Origin: Nitriliruptoraceae bacterium
GTDB taxonomy: Bacteria; Actinomycetota; Nitriliruptoria; Nitriliruptorales; Nitriliruptoraceae
Length of the DNA: 64,000 nucleotides
Direction of reading: 5' to 3'
Assembly (NCBI GenBank): GCA_007136095.1
Contig: SLHP01000006.1
Location: 8,701-72,700 of the forward strand
Made by a program: the position numbers and the translations under genes. The notes beneath the pieces are model-generated. The model was not told the origin of the DNA. It did not search any database and worked only from the letters and a program-made list of their open reading frames with translations. Within the stretch, counting starts at the first letter, position 1. Every line of letters begins with the position of its first letter. This document shows positions 1-8,589 of this stretch, piece by piece.

Positions 1-2
1 GC

Positions 3-788
3 GTGGCCGGCGACACCTCGAGTCAGTTCCTGTCCGGTCTCCTGCTCGCCGGTCCGGCGTGCCCCGATGGGCTGGAGATCGACCTCACGACCGACCTCGT
101 GTCCGAGCGGTACGTCGAGTTGACGATCGCGACCATGGCGGACTTCGGAGCACGGGTCGAACGGCCGACGGAGCGCCGGTTCGTGGTACCCCCGACGGGC
201 TACGACGCGACGGACATGGCGATCGAACCCGACGCGAGCGCGGCCTCGTACCTCCTCGCCGCAGCTGCCATCACGGGAGGACGCGTCCGTGTCCGAGGCC
301 TGACCGCGGCTGCCCGACAGGGCGATGCCGGGTTCGCTCGTGTCCTCCAGCGCATGGGCGCGGCGGTGACCATCGACGCACGCGGCACGGAGGTGCGGGG
401 CACCGGTCGACTGCAGGGGATCGAGGTCGACCTGGGCGCGATGTCGGACACCGCCCAGACGCTCGCTGCGGTGGCCGTGTTCGCGGAGGGACCGACGCGG
501 GTGACGGGCATCGGGTTCATCCGCGCCAAGGAGACCGATCGCATCCACGCGGTCGTCACCGAACTCCAACGCTGCGGGATCCGTGCGGAGGCCGAACCCG
601 ACGGGTTCGTGATCCATCCCGGGTCCCCGCAGCCTGCGGTCGTCTCGACCTACGACGACCACCGGATGGCGATGAGTTTCGCGCTCCTCGGCCTGCGGTC
701 GCCGGGGCTTCGGATCGCCGATCCAGGCTGCGTTGCCAAGACCTTCCCCACCTACTTCTCGGTGCTCGAGCAACTGCGCGAAACCTGA
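3..788 (+). CDS. aroA: 3-phosphoshikimate 1-carboxyvinyltransferase (EPSP synthase), C-terminal part; 5' end lies outside the window
   Basis: The ORF is open to the left edge. The 261 aa carry EPSP synthase C-terminal motifs (LLLAGP, RAKETDR, DDHRMAMSFALLGL, VAKTFP). Confidence 0.85.
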   Translation: MAGDTSSQFLSGLLLAGPACPDGLEIDLTTDLVSERYVELTIATMADFGARVERPTERRFVVPPTGYDATDMAIEPDASAASYLLAAAAITGGRVRVRGLTAAARQGDAGFARVLQRMGAAVTIDARGTEVRGTGRLQGIEVDLGAMSDTAQTLAAVAVFAEGPTRVTGIGFIRAKETDRIHAVVTELQRCGIRAEAEPDGFVIHPGSPQPAVVSTYDDHRMAMSFALLGLRSPGLRIADPGCVAKTFPTYFSVLEQLRET

Positions 789-881
789 CCGGACGGGCCA
801 CCCCCGCGGTCGAGGCATCGTCGCGCACCGGTAGGCTGCGACGCTCGGGGTCCACCGTCCCGCTGTCGCCCGGAGGTTCCC

Positions 882-2984
882 GTGTCGTCCGATCCAGACC
901 ACGTCACCGAGCCCTACGACGATGTCGACGACGGAGACGATCCGCTCGACGCCGAGGTCCACCCGTTCGACGGCTTCGTGCTGGCCATCGACGGTCCGGC
1001 CGGTTCCGGCAAGTCGACCGTCGCGCGAGCGGTGGCCGATGCCCTCGGTATCGAACACGTGGACACCGGAGCGCTGTACCGGGCCGCAGCCCTGGCGTGC
1101 CTCCGTGCCGGTGTCGACCTGGCCGATGAGGCGGTCTGCGGTGAGGTCGCCGCAGCGGCGAGCATCCGGCGCATCGACGACCGGACGCTGCTCGATGGCG
1201 ACGACGTCGAGGACGAGATCCGGCAGGACCAGGTCACGGCTGCGGTCTCACAGGTCGCCGCCCACCCAGCGGTCCGTCGTGCTCTGGTACCTGCACAACG
1301 TCGCGCGGTCGAACCCGACGGCGGGGTCGTCGAGGGCCGCGACATCGGGACCGTGGTGCTGCCGGACGCTGATCTGAAGATCTTCCTCACGGCCTCCGTG
1401 TCGACCCGGGCCCGCCGTCGGGGGGAGCAACTCGGCCGGGACGACCTCGACGTCCTGGCCCGGGACATCGTGGATCGGGACGCTGCAGACAGCACACGCG
1501 AGCTTGCGCCGCTGGTGATGGCTGCCGACGCCACTGAGATCGATACGACCGATCTGACCGTCGACGACGTCATCGCGGCGATCGTCGATGCCGCGATCGA
1601 GGTGCGGCTGGGCCCGGAGCTCCCGGAGCTCGATCCCGTCACCGCTCGACGCTCCCTGCCCCGTCTGGCCATCGTCGGTCGCCCGAACGTCGGCAAGTCG
1701 ACCCTGGTCAACCGGATCATCGGCCACCGGGTCGCGATCGTGGAGGAGAAGCCCGGCGTCACGCGGGACCGCACCGAACATCTGGCAGAGTGGCTCGGCC
1801 GTGACTTCCTGGTGATCGACACCGGCGGGTGGGAGCACGGCGCACGCGGTATGGCCGCACGCATCGTCGAACAGGCGGAGGCGGCCATCGCCGACGCGGA
1901 CGTCGTGCTGTTCGTCGTCGACGGCACGCTCGGCGCTCTCGAGGACGACGAGCGCTACGCACGGACGCTACGCAAGAGCGGGATCCCGACCATCCTCGTG
2001 GCCAACAAGATCGACGGGGACCGTCAGGAGGCGCTCGTCCACGACCTGTACACCCTCGGGCTCGGTGCGGCGATGCCGGTGTCCGCGCTGCATGGTCGAG
2101 GCGTCGGGGACGTGCTCGCCGCGGCGATGGAGTCACTGCCTCCGCCGGCCGGACCGGCCCCCGACGACGGGGGCGTGCCCCGGGTCGCGATCGTCGGGAA
2201 GCCCAACGTCGGGAAATCCTCGCTGTTCAACCAGCTCCTGGGGGAGGAGCGCTCGATCGTCGACCCGGTCGCCCACACGACCCGGGACGCGGTCGACACG
2301 ATGGTGGAGATCGACGGTCGCCCGTGGACGTTCGTCGATACCGCCGGCATGCGTCGTCGCTACCGCCACGGTGAGGACACCGAGCTGTACTCCGTGGACC
2401 GGACCCGCTGGGCGATCGAGGCCGCGGATCTGGTGCTGTTCGTCATCGACGCCTCCGAACCACTGGGGGAGCAGGACCAACGCCTGGCGGCGCTGCTGCG
2501 CGACGCCGGTCGCGGCATCGTGCTGGTCTGCAACAAGTGGGATCTGGTCGACGAGGACCGGCGGCTGGACCTCGATCGCGAACTGGACCGCCTGCTGTCG
2601 TTCGCCGCCTGGGCACCCCGGGTCAACATCTCCGCGCACAGCGGTCGCGGCATCCGTCGGCTGCTACCACAACTGCTCACCATCTGGGACAACTACGGGC
2701 GACGGGTTCCCACGCGTGAACTCAACCAGTTGCTGGCCGATGCCACCGCGCAGCACGCGCCGCCCCGGCGGGGCCAGAAGCAGTTGCGGATCCGGTACGC
2801 GACCCAGCCGGAGGTGCGGCCGCCACGGTTCGTGCTGTTCTCCAACGGGTCCCTGCCGGACGGGTATCTGCGCTACCTGGAGCGGATCCTGCGTGAGCAC
2901 TACGACTTCACCGGGGTCCCACTGCTGCTGGACGACCGACCCCGTGCGCCACGGGGACCGGGCTCGCGTCGCCCACGCCGCTGA
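882..2984 (+). CDS. der: Bifunctional cytidylate kinase / ribosome-associated GTPase Der (EngA) fusion
   Basis: One uninterrupted 700-aa ORF. The N-terminus has the Cmk P-loop IDGPAGSGKST and DTGALYR. Two Der G-domains follow (GRPNVGKSTLVNR...DTGG; GKPNVGKSSLFNQ...DTAG...NKWD) plus a KH-like tail. GGAGG lies upstream of the GTG start. Confidence 0.9.
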   Translation: MSSDPDHVTEPYDDVDDGDDPLDAEVHPFDGFVLAIDGPAGSGKSTVARAVADALGIEHVDTGALYRAAALACLRAGVDLADEAVCGEVAAAASIRRIDDRTLLDGDDVEDEIRQDQVTAAVSQVAAHPAVRRALVPAQRRAVEPDGGVVEGRDIGTVVLPDADLKIFLTASVSTRARRRGEQLGRDDLDVLARDIVDRDAADSTRELAPLVMAADATEIDTTDLTVDDVIAAIVDAAIEVRLGPELPELDPVTARRSLPRLAIVGRPNVGKSTLVNRIIGHRVAIVEEKPGVTRDRTEHLAEWLGRDFLVIDTGGWEHGARGMAARIVEQAEAAIADADVVLFVVDGTLGALEDDERYARTLRKSGIPTILVANKIDGDRQEALVHDLYTLGLGAAMPVSALHGRGVGDVLAAAMESLPPPAGPAPDDGGVPRVAIVGKPNVGKSSLFNQLLGEERSIVDPVAHTTRDAVDTMVEIDGRPWTFVDTAGMRRRYRHGEDTELYSVDRTRWAIEAADLVLFVIDASEPLGEQDQRLAALLRDAGRGIVLVCNKWDLVDEDRRLDLDRELDRLLSFAAWAPRVNISAHSGRGIRRLLPQLLTIWDNYGRRVPTRELNQLLADATAQHAPPRRGQKQLRIRYATQPEVRPPRFVLFSNGSLPDGYLRYLERILREHYDFTGVPLLLDDRPRAPRGPGSRRPRR

Positions 2985-3065
2985 CCCACCGCCGGTGGTT
3001 CGCCACCCCCGTCACGACGCGGTAGCGTGCGGCGCTCGCGGACGCGATACACGCGTCCTCGTCAA

Positions 3066-3142
3066 CGGGCTGTGGCGCAGTCAGGTAGCGCACTCGTCTG
3101 GGGGGCGAGGGGTCGTCGGTTCAAGTCCGACCAGCCCGACCA
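3066..3142 (+). tRNA. tRNA-Pro (anticodon GGG), CCA encoded
   Basis: The sequence folds by hand as a cloverleaf. The acceptor pairs CGGGCTG with CAGCCCG. The anticodon stem is CTCGT/GCGAG with loop CTGGGGG. The T-arm is GGTTCAAGTCC. Discriminator A is followed by CCA. Confidence 0.85.
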
Positions 3143-3152
3143 CCCGCGGTGG

Positions 3153-3180
3153 CGGCTCCGTGCCAGATCGCACGGAGCCG
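3153..3180 (+). terminator. GC-rich hairpin just downstream of tRNA-Pro (11-bp stem, 6-nt loop, no U-tract)
   Basis: CGGCTCCGTGC cagatc GCACGGAGCCG is perfectly complementary and starts 11 nt after the tRNA 3' end. Confidence 0.45.
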
Positions 3181-3285
3181 TCCGCGGAGCCAGCCCCCAG
3201 ATGTCCGGGTCGGCACGCAGACCCGCCCTCTCGGGGATGATCCACACACGTGGCCGACCGGCCCGCTCACTGTTGCGAGGGATCG

Positions 3286-3918
3286 ATGGGCGCGTTCGAC
3301 CGCTGGTTCGACATCGGCGCCAGGCCGGGCACGGAGCCGGATCCCGAGGCGGCCAGCACGCGCATCCTGACGGCGGCGAACGCCCTGTCAGCGGCCAGAC
3401 TGCTGGCCCTGCCCTGGATCTACCTCGATCTGGTCGGTGGGCGCTACCTGCGGGCCCTGATCGTGCTGGCCGTCTTCGCAGCCACGGACTGGCTGGATGG
3501 CTACGTGGCACGGCGGTTCGATCAGGTGACCCGGCTCGGCCAACTGCTCGATCCGATCTCCGACCGGGCGATGTTCCTGGTCGTCGGGATCGCCTTCGTG
3601 GTGAGCGGCATCCTGCCACTGTGGGCGGTTCTGGTGCTGTTCGTGCGTGACGGCCTGGTCCTGATCGGGGGTGCGGTCCTGCTGCTCCGGGGAACCCGTC
3701 CACCCCCCGTCACCCGCCTGGGGAAGGTCGCCACCTTCGGCCTGATGGTTGCGTTGCCCTTGTTCCTGGGGGCGGTCGTCCTCGGGGAGGTTCCTGCGGA
3801 TCCACAGCCGTTGCTGTCCATCATGGCCTGGATCACCTACGCCATCAACGCGGCGCTGTACTGGGTGTCGGCCCTCGGCTACCTGCGCACCGTGCTGCAG
3901 CCGAAGGACGTCGGCTAA
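3286..3918 (+). CDS. CDP-alcohol phosphatidyltransferase family protein (PgsA / cardiolipin synthase-like)
   Basis: Family motif DWLDGYVARR...G..LDPISDR sits in a multi-TM protein. The start is placed at the second in-frame ATG, preceded by GAGGGA; the ORF opens at 3250. Confidence 0.8.
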   Translation: MGAFDRWFDIGARPGTEPDPEAASTRILTAANALSAARLLALPWIYLDLVGGRYLRALIVLAVFAATDWLDGYVARRFDQVTRLGQLLDPISDRAMFLVVGIAFVVSGILPLWAVLVLFVRDGLVLIGGAVLLLRGTRPPPVTRLGKVATFGLMVALPLFLGAVVLGEVPADPQPLLSIMAWITYAINAALYWVSALGYLRTVLQPKDVG

Positions 3919-3957
3919 GGTCTCGTTCCGAAGTCCATCGAGGGAGGGTGTGCGACC

Positions 3958-4344
3958 GTGTCCGAGCAGGTTCCGACCGAACTGCGCTACACCGCTGAGC
4001 ATGAATGGGTCCAGATCGAGGGAGACCTCCTGCGGGTCGGCATCACCGACTTCGCCCAGGAGCAACTCGGTGACGTCGTGTACGTCGATCTGCCCGGTCC
4101 GGGCACCGAGGTCACGCAGGGGCAACCCTTCGGCGAGGTGGAATCGACCAAATCCGTGTCGGATCTCTTCGCCCCCGTGACCGGCGCGATCGAGGCCCGC
4201 AACGATGCCCTCGACGAGCGGCCCGAACTCGTCAACAGCGATCCGTACGGTGAGGGCTGGCTGGTGACGATCCGCGTCGCGGACGGATCCGCGCCCGGCG
4301 ATCTGCTGGACGCGGCCGCCTACGAGGCGCTGCTCCCCGGCTGA
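3958..4344 (+). CDS. gcvH: Glycine cleavage system protein H
   Basis: YTAEHEWV...GITDFAQEQLGDVVYVDLP...GEVESTKSVSDLFAPVTG includes the lipoyl-lysine context ESTK. GAGGGAGGG lies before the GTG start. Confidence 0.92.
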   Translation: MSEQVPTELRYTAEHEWVQIEGDLLRVGITDFAQEQLGDVVYVDLPGPGTEVTQGQPFGEVESTKSVSDLFAPVTGAIEARNDALDERPELVNSDPYGEGWLVTIRVADGSAPGDLLDAAAYEALLPG

Positions 4345-4582
4345 GCCGCTGCGGGGAGCGGCGATCGTCGCGTTTCGACGCCTGACCATCGATCCGAGGT
4401 TCCATCGGGTTGCGTCCTGCACTACCCTCACGCGACCCGGATGGACGAGCAACCGATCGGAACCCCGCAACGAGCCCCGCGGGGCGAGCGGAGACCGTCG
4501 GCCTGACCCTCGACCTGAAGGTGAGGCCCGCGTCCGGACGCAGCAACAGCCACACCGGCGCGGTGGCCAGGAGGCCCTGATC

Positions 4583-5068
4583 ATGCGATGTGAAGCGTGT
4601 GACGATCCGATCCCCGACGGCGCGAACTTCTGCCCGTCCTGCGGCGCCGCCGTGACGGAGCCGGCCGGGAGCGAGAACACGACCGCGTCGATCGACGTCG
4701 GGGCACTCGACCCGCAACACGTGGTCGACGAGCTGCCCGAGATGGCGCCCGGTACGGGCATGCTGGTCGTGGTGCGCGGCCCCAACGCCGGGTCACGGTT
4801 CCTGCTCGACCGTGCGACGACGACGGTCGGCCGCCACCCGGACTCCGACATCTTCCTCGACGATGTCACGGTGTCGCGGCGGCACGTCGAACTGCTCCAG
4901 GACGAGCTCGGTATCACCCTCCAGGATCTGGGCAGCCTCAACGGCACCTACGTCAACGGCGAACGCGTGGACGAACGTCAACTGGGCACCGGTGACGAAC
5001 TGCAGGTGGGTCGGTTCAAGCTGTTGTACCTGGGCAGCCCTGGTGCCATGGCGGTCCCGGAGCCGTGA
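4583..5068 (+). CDS. FHA-domain protein (GarA/OdhI-like) with an N-terminal CxxC...CxxC zinc ribbon
   Basis: The C-terminal FHA signature is TVGRHPDSDIFLDDVTVSRRHVEL...GSLNGTYVNGERV. The N-terminus reads CEACD...CPSCG followed by ENTTAS. AGGAGG lies upstream, and the gene sits directly after gcvH as garA does in mycobacteria. Confidence 0.85.
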   Translation: MRCEACDDPIPDGANFCPSCGAAVTEPAGSENTTASIDVGALDPQHVVDELPEMAPGTGMLVVVRGPNAGSRFLLDRATTTVGRHPDSDIFLDDVTVSRRHVELLQDELGITLQDLGSLNGTYVNGERVDERQLGTGDELQVGRFKLLYLGSPGAMAVPEP

Positions 5069-5769
5069 CGACGACCACCATCGGTGATGTGCTCAACCGC
5101 CTCCGCGACGAGTTCGACGACATCACGATCTCGAAGATCCGGTTCCTCGAAGCGGAGGGGCTGATCACGCCCGATCGCACGGATTCGGGGTACCGCAAGT
5201 TCACCGAAGAGGACGTGGAGCGGCTGCGCTACGTCCTGCGGGCACAGCGCGACCGCTACCTGCCGTTGAAGGTGATCCGTGAGGAACTCGACCGCCTTGA
5301 CGCGGGGCTGCCCGCCACCGAAGCGGAGGACACGCAGGCTCCGGCCGTGGCTGTCTCGTCGGCCGCCGGCGGGTCGCAGCCGACCCTGCTCGACGCCAAC
5401 CTGAGCGACCTGGTCCTCTCGGATGCTGAACTGGCGGAGGCGACCGATCTGACCGACGCGGATCTGTCGGCGCTGCGCGATCACGGCCTGCTTGGCAGCG
5501 CACCGCACGATGGGGCGGCCCTCCGGGTGGCCAAGATCTGCGGCAAACTGCTGGCCGCAGGACTCGAGGTCCGCCATCTGCGGATGTACCGCCAGTTCGC
5601 GGACCGTGAGGCCGCGCTGGTCGAGCAGCGCGTCGCGCCGGCACTGCGGCAACGCAATCCCGACAGCCGGCGGGCCGCGGTCCGGTCTGCAGAGGAGATG
5701 GTCGCTCTCGGCGGAGAATTGCAGCGGGCCCTGCTGGCCGGATCCCTCCAGGCGATCCTCCGGGCGTGA
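5065..5769 (+). CDS. MerR-family transcriptional regulator (Rv1828-like)
   Basis: The N-terminal MerR HTH reads TIGDVLNRLRDEFDDITISKIRFLEAEGLITPDRTDSGYRKFTEEDVERLRYVL. The GTG start overlaps the preceding stop as GTGA. Confidence 0.85.
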   Translation: MTTTTIGDVLNRLRDEFDDITISKIRFLEAEGLITPDRTDSGYRKFTEEDVERLRYVLRAQRDRYLPLKVIREELDRLDAGLPATEAEDTQAPAVAVSSAAGGSQPTLLDANLSDLVLSDAELAEATDLTDADLSALRDHGLLGSAPHDGAALRVAKICGKLLAAGLEVRHLRMYRQFADREAALVEQRVAPALRQRNPDSRRAAVRSAEEMVALGGELQRALLAGSLQAILRA

Positions 5770-6986
5770 TGCGCCGCAGCTCGCCACGTGTGCTCCGTCG
5801 CGGCCTGATCGCACCGGGCGCGACGGTCGTGGTGCTGCTCACCGCGATGGTCAGTGCCCCGCTCGTCGCACCAACCGCACCCGCGGTGGCGCAGTCGAGT
5901 GCCCCGAGCATCCCCGAACCCGTGCTCACCGATGCACCGGGGCCCACCTGGCCCGGACCGGACCCGATCGATGCCGAGGCCTACGTCCTGATCGAGGTTG
6001 CGACCGGCCAGCGGCTCGCTGCGTTGAACGCGGACACCCGCCGGCCCGTGGCCTCGACGGTGAAGCTGCTGACCGCCTACACCGTCATCCAGCGTGCCGA
6101 CCTCGACGCTGCCGTGACCGTCGGTGATGAGGTGCTCGACGTGCCCGGATCGGGTGTCGGCCTGCAGCCGGGGGACGAATGGACCGTCGAGGAGTTGCTC
6201 GATGGGTTGTTGGCCCGCAGCGGTAACGATGCGGCCGAGACCCTCGCCGTCCACGTGGGTGGCACCCGCGAAGGCTTCGTCGCACTGATGGAACAGGACG
6301 CCGCCGCCCTGGGCGTGACGGGACTCGACCTGACGAGCCCGTCGGGCCTGGATGACACACAGCTGTTCTCCGCGTCCGACCTCGCCGTCATCGGCCTGGC
6401 GGTCCTCCAGGACGACGATCTGCCCGAGCTCCTCGCCAGGCAGGTCGTGACCCTGCCCGGTCAACCGGCGGCCGAGACCCGCAACGAGCTGCTCGACCGC
6501 TACCCGGGAGCCACGGGGATGAAGACCGGTTTCACCACACCGGCAGGTCACAGTCTGGTCGGCAGTGCACAGCGGGGCGAGCGCGATCTGATCGCCGTCG
6601 TGCTGGGCGCGGGGGAGGACCCGTCCAGGTTCGACGGGACCGCCACCCTGCTCGATCACGGCTTCGGGGACATGGCCGTCTCCGAGGTCGGCACCTCGAT
6701 CCAGATCCTGCTGGCCGGAGGGGCGATGGAACTGGTCGTCCCACCGACCCCGGTCACGGTCCCGTCCGTGAGCGAGGCCTCGCTCCAGCTGACGTTGCCG
6801 GTCCGTCCGTCGACCGAATCCCTGCGCTTCCCGGTCCTGGTCGACGGCGAGGAACTCGGCGTGGTGACGACTGCGCCGACGGGTGGACCGGCTCCCCTGG
6901 ACCCGGGACCCTCGGCGATGGGTCGAGCGCTGGTCGATGGCGCGTACGCTGCGCTGCGAGCGGCCAGTGCAGCTGGCACGCTGTGA
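5766..6986 (+). CDS. D-alanyl-D-alanine carboxypeptidase (serine-type, low-molecular-weight PBP)
   Basis: It has a signal-peptide-like N-terminus and the SxxK (ASTVKLL), SxN (SGND) and KTG (GMKTGFT) motifs in the correct order. Confidence 0.85.
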   Translation: MMRRSSPRVLRRGLIAPGATVVVLLTAMVSAPLVAPTAPAVAQSSAPSIPEPVLTDAPGPTWPGPDPIDAEAYVLIEVATGQRLAALNADTRRPVASTVKLLTAYTVIQRADLDAAVTVGDEVLDVPGSGVGLQPGDEWTVEELLDGLLARSGNDAAETLAVHVGGTREGFVALMEQDAAALGVTGLDLTSPSGLDDTQLFSASDLAVIGLAVLQDDDLPELLARQVVTLPGQPAAETRNELLDRYPGATGMKTGFTTPAGHSLVGSAQRGERDLIAVVLGAGEDPSRFDGTATLLDHGFGDMAVSEVGTSIQILLAGGAMELVVPPTPVTVPSVSEASLQLTLPVRPSTESLRFPVLVDGEELGVVTTAPTGGPAPLDPGPSAMGRALVDGAYAALRAASAAGTL

Positions 6987-7053
6987 CCAGCCAGGCCGCG
7001 GCACCGGACGCAACGGTTCCGCACATGGACAGGCTCGTGGACAGGAGCGGGAC

Positions 7054-7566
7054 ATGCCCGACATGATCGAGATGGAACTCGTCGGCGTGCGCGTCGAGCT
7101 GCCGGCCAACCAGCCGATCGTCCTGCTCAAGGAGCGGGAGGGGACGCGCTACCTGCCGATCTGGATCGGTGCCGTGGAGGCGACAGCGATCGCGTTCGCG
7201 CTCCAGGGTGTCGAGACGCCCCGCCCGCTGACCCACGACCTGTTCGTCGATGTGCTTGGCACCCTCGGGGTCGAACTCGTGGCCGTGCATGTCACGGCTC
7301 TGCAGGACGGCACCTTCTATGCCGAACTGAAGCTGCAACGCGGCGAGGAGGCCTGGACGGTCTCGGCCCGCCCCTCGGATGCCATCGCGTTGTCGAGCCG
7401 TCTGGACGACGTCCCGGTCTTCGCCGCCCGTGACGTCCTCGACGACGCCGGCCTCGAGATCGAGCCGACCGACGGCGATACCGAGGAGGGGGTCGACGCC
7501 GAGGAAGCGGTCCGGGAGTTCCGCGAGTTCCTCGACGACGTCTCGCCGGAGGACTTCAAGGGCTGA
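7054..7566 (+). CDS. Bifunctional nuclease family protein (DUF151, Rv1829-like)
   Basis: MIEMELVGVRVELPANQPIVLLKE...YLPIWIG..EA.AI...L...RPLTHDL is typical of DUF151. The start is placed at an ATG preceded by AGGAGCGGG; the ORF opens at 6883. Confidence 0.8.
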   Translation: MPDMIEMELVGVRVELPANQPIVLLKEREGTRYLPIWIGAVEATAIAFALQGVETPRPLTHDLFVDVLGTLGVELVAVHVTALQDGTFYAELKLQRGEEAWTVSARPSDAIALSSRLDDVPVFAARDVLDDAGLEIEPTDGDTEEGVDAEEAVREFREFLDDVSPEDFKG

Positions 7567-7825
7567 CACCCGCCCGACACCTCACCGGCCATCGGGCGCG
7601 CAGCGCGCGGAGCGACGCACCTCGAGCGCGCCTGTGTGGCCCGGTCACGCTGTGTGGTCGATTCCCTCGAGCCGCTTGCTGACAGCAAGCATTCCCTGCG
7701 GATGGGCCCGTCCAGCCTGATCGCGGGCGTCCGGCCGCGTTGCTGCTGTGGTGGGTGTGGCGCGGGTCGCCTGCCGCTCCTCCACCTCGAGGACGGGTCG
7801 AGGGTCTTGGGTGCCGGATCGCCCG

Positions 7826-7855
7826 TTGACACCATCGCGTGTCCGGCCATACCGT
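7826..7855 (+). promoter_or_regulatory. Candidate sigma-A-type promoter (TTGACA, 18 nt, TACCGT) about 140 nt upstream of the second MerR gene
   Basis: TTGACA at 7826-7831 and TACCGT (fits TANNNT) at 7850-7855, inside a 428-bp intergenic region. Confidence 0.3.
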
Positions 7856-7994
7856 CAGTGACGAAGTTCCACGCATGTCAGACATCTGTCGGACGACGCG
7901 AGGGCCGGTGCGAGCCGGGGGAGCGCGACGGCGCGAGGCACTCCCCGCGAACCAGCCACACCGTCGGACCGGATGATCACGAGGAGCACCGCAC

Positions 7995-8528
7995 ATGGCC
8001 ACCGCCACCACCGGGACGGGACAACTCGCCTTCGACGTCGGCGATGCCGGCGAGGAGCGTTCGGGCTACCGCGCTCCGACGGTCTGCAAGATCGTGGGCG
8101 TGACCTACCGGCAGCTCGACTACTGGGCCCGCACCGGGCTGGTGGAGCCCTCGATGCGCAAGGCCGGTGGGTCGGGGACCCAGCGTCTGTACTCGTTCGA
8201 TGACGTGGTGCGCATCCGTCTGGTCAAGCGGCTGTTGGACACGGGTGTGTCACTGCAGAAGGTCCGTCTGGCCATCGAGGAACTCCAGGCCCGGGGGCAG
8301 ACCCTGGCGGACTCCACGCTGGTCTCCGACGGGGTCACGGTCTACGCGATCGATGACGATCGCCAGTTGCTCGACCTGCTCAAGCGGGGCCAGGGGGTCT
8401 TCGCGATCGCCCTGGACCCGGTGATCGATGAGCTCAAGGGCGAGGTCACGTCGTTCCCGATGGAGCGCGTCGTACCCGCGGCCGTCGTGACCGAGTTCCC
8501 CGTCGCCGCCGAAGCGGTCGACCGCTAG
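7995..8528 (+). CDS. MerR-family transcriptional regulator (Rv1830-like)
   Basis: HTH YRAPTVCKIVGVTYRQLDYWARTGLVEPS...RLYSFDDVVRIRLVKRLLDTGVSLQKV. GAGGAG lies 9 nt upstream of the ATG. Confidence 0.85.
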   Translation: MATATTGTGQLAFDVGDAGEERSGYRAPTVCKIVGVTYRQLDYWARTGLVEPSMRKAGGSGTQRLYSFDDVVRIRLVKRLLDTGVSLQKVRLAIEELQARGQTLADSTLVSDGVTVYAIDDDRQLLDLLKRGQGVFAIALDPVIDELKGEVTSFPMERVVPAAVVTEFPVAAEAVDR

Positions 8529-8543
8529 GTCGCACGTCGGACC

Positions 8544-8559
8544 GCCGCGACGTCGCGGC
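8544..8559. terminator. 16-nt perfect palindrome between convergent genes (possible bidirectional terminator hairpin)
   Basis: GCCGCGACGTCGCGGC lies between the MerR stop (8528) and the pepA stop (8590). Confidence 0.3.
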
Positions 8560-8589
8560 TCGGACCGACCGCTGGGTCGCGGGTGTGCG

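Noticed and set aside
3919-3957. Glycine riboswitch upstream of gcvH.
   Set aside because: Only 39 nt separate gcvH from the preceding gene, which is too short for a glycine aptamer.
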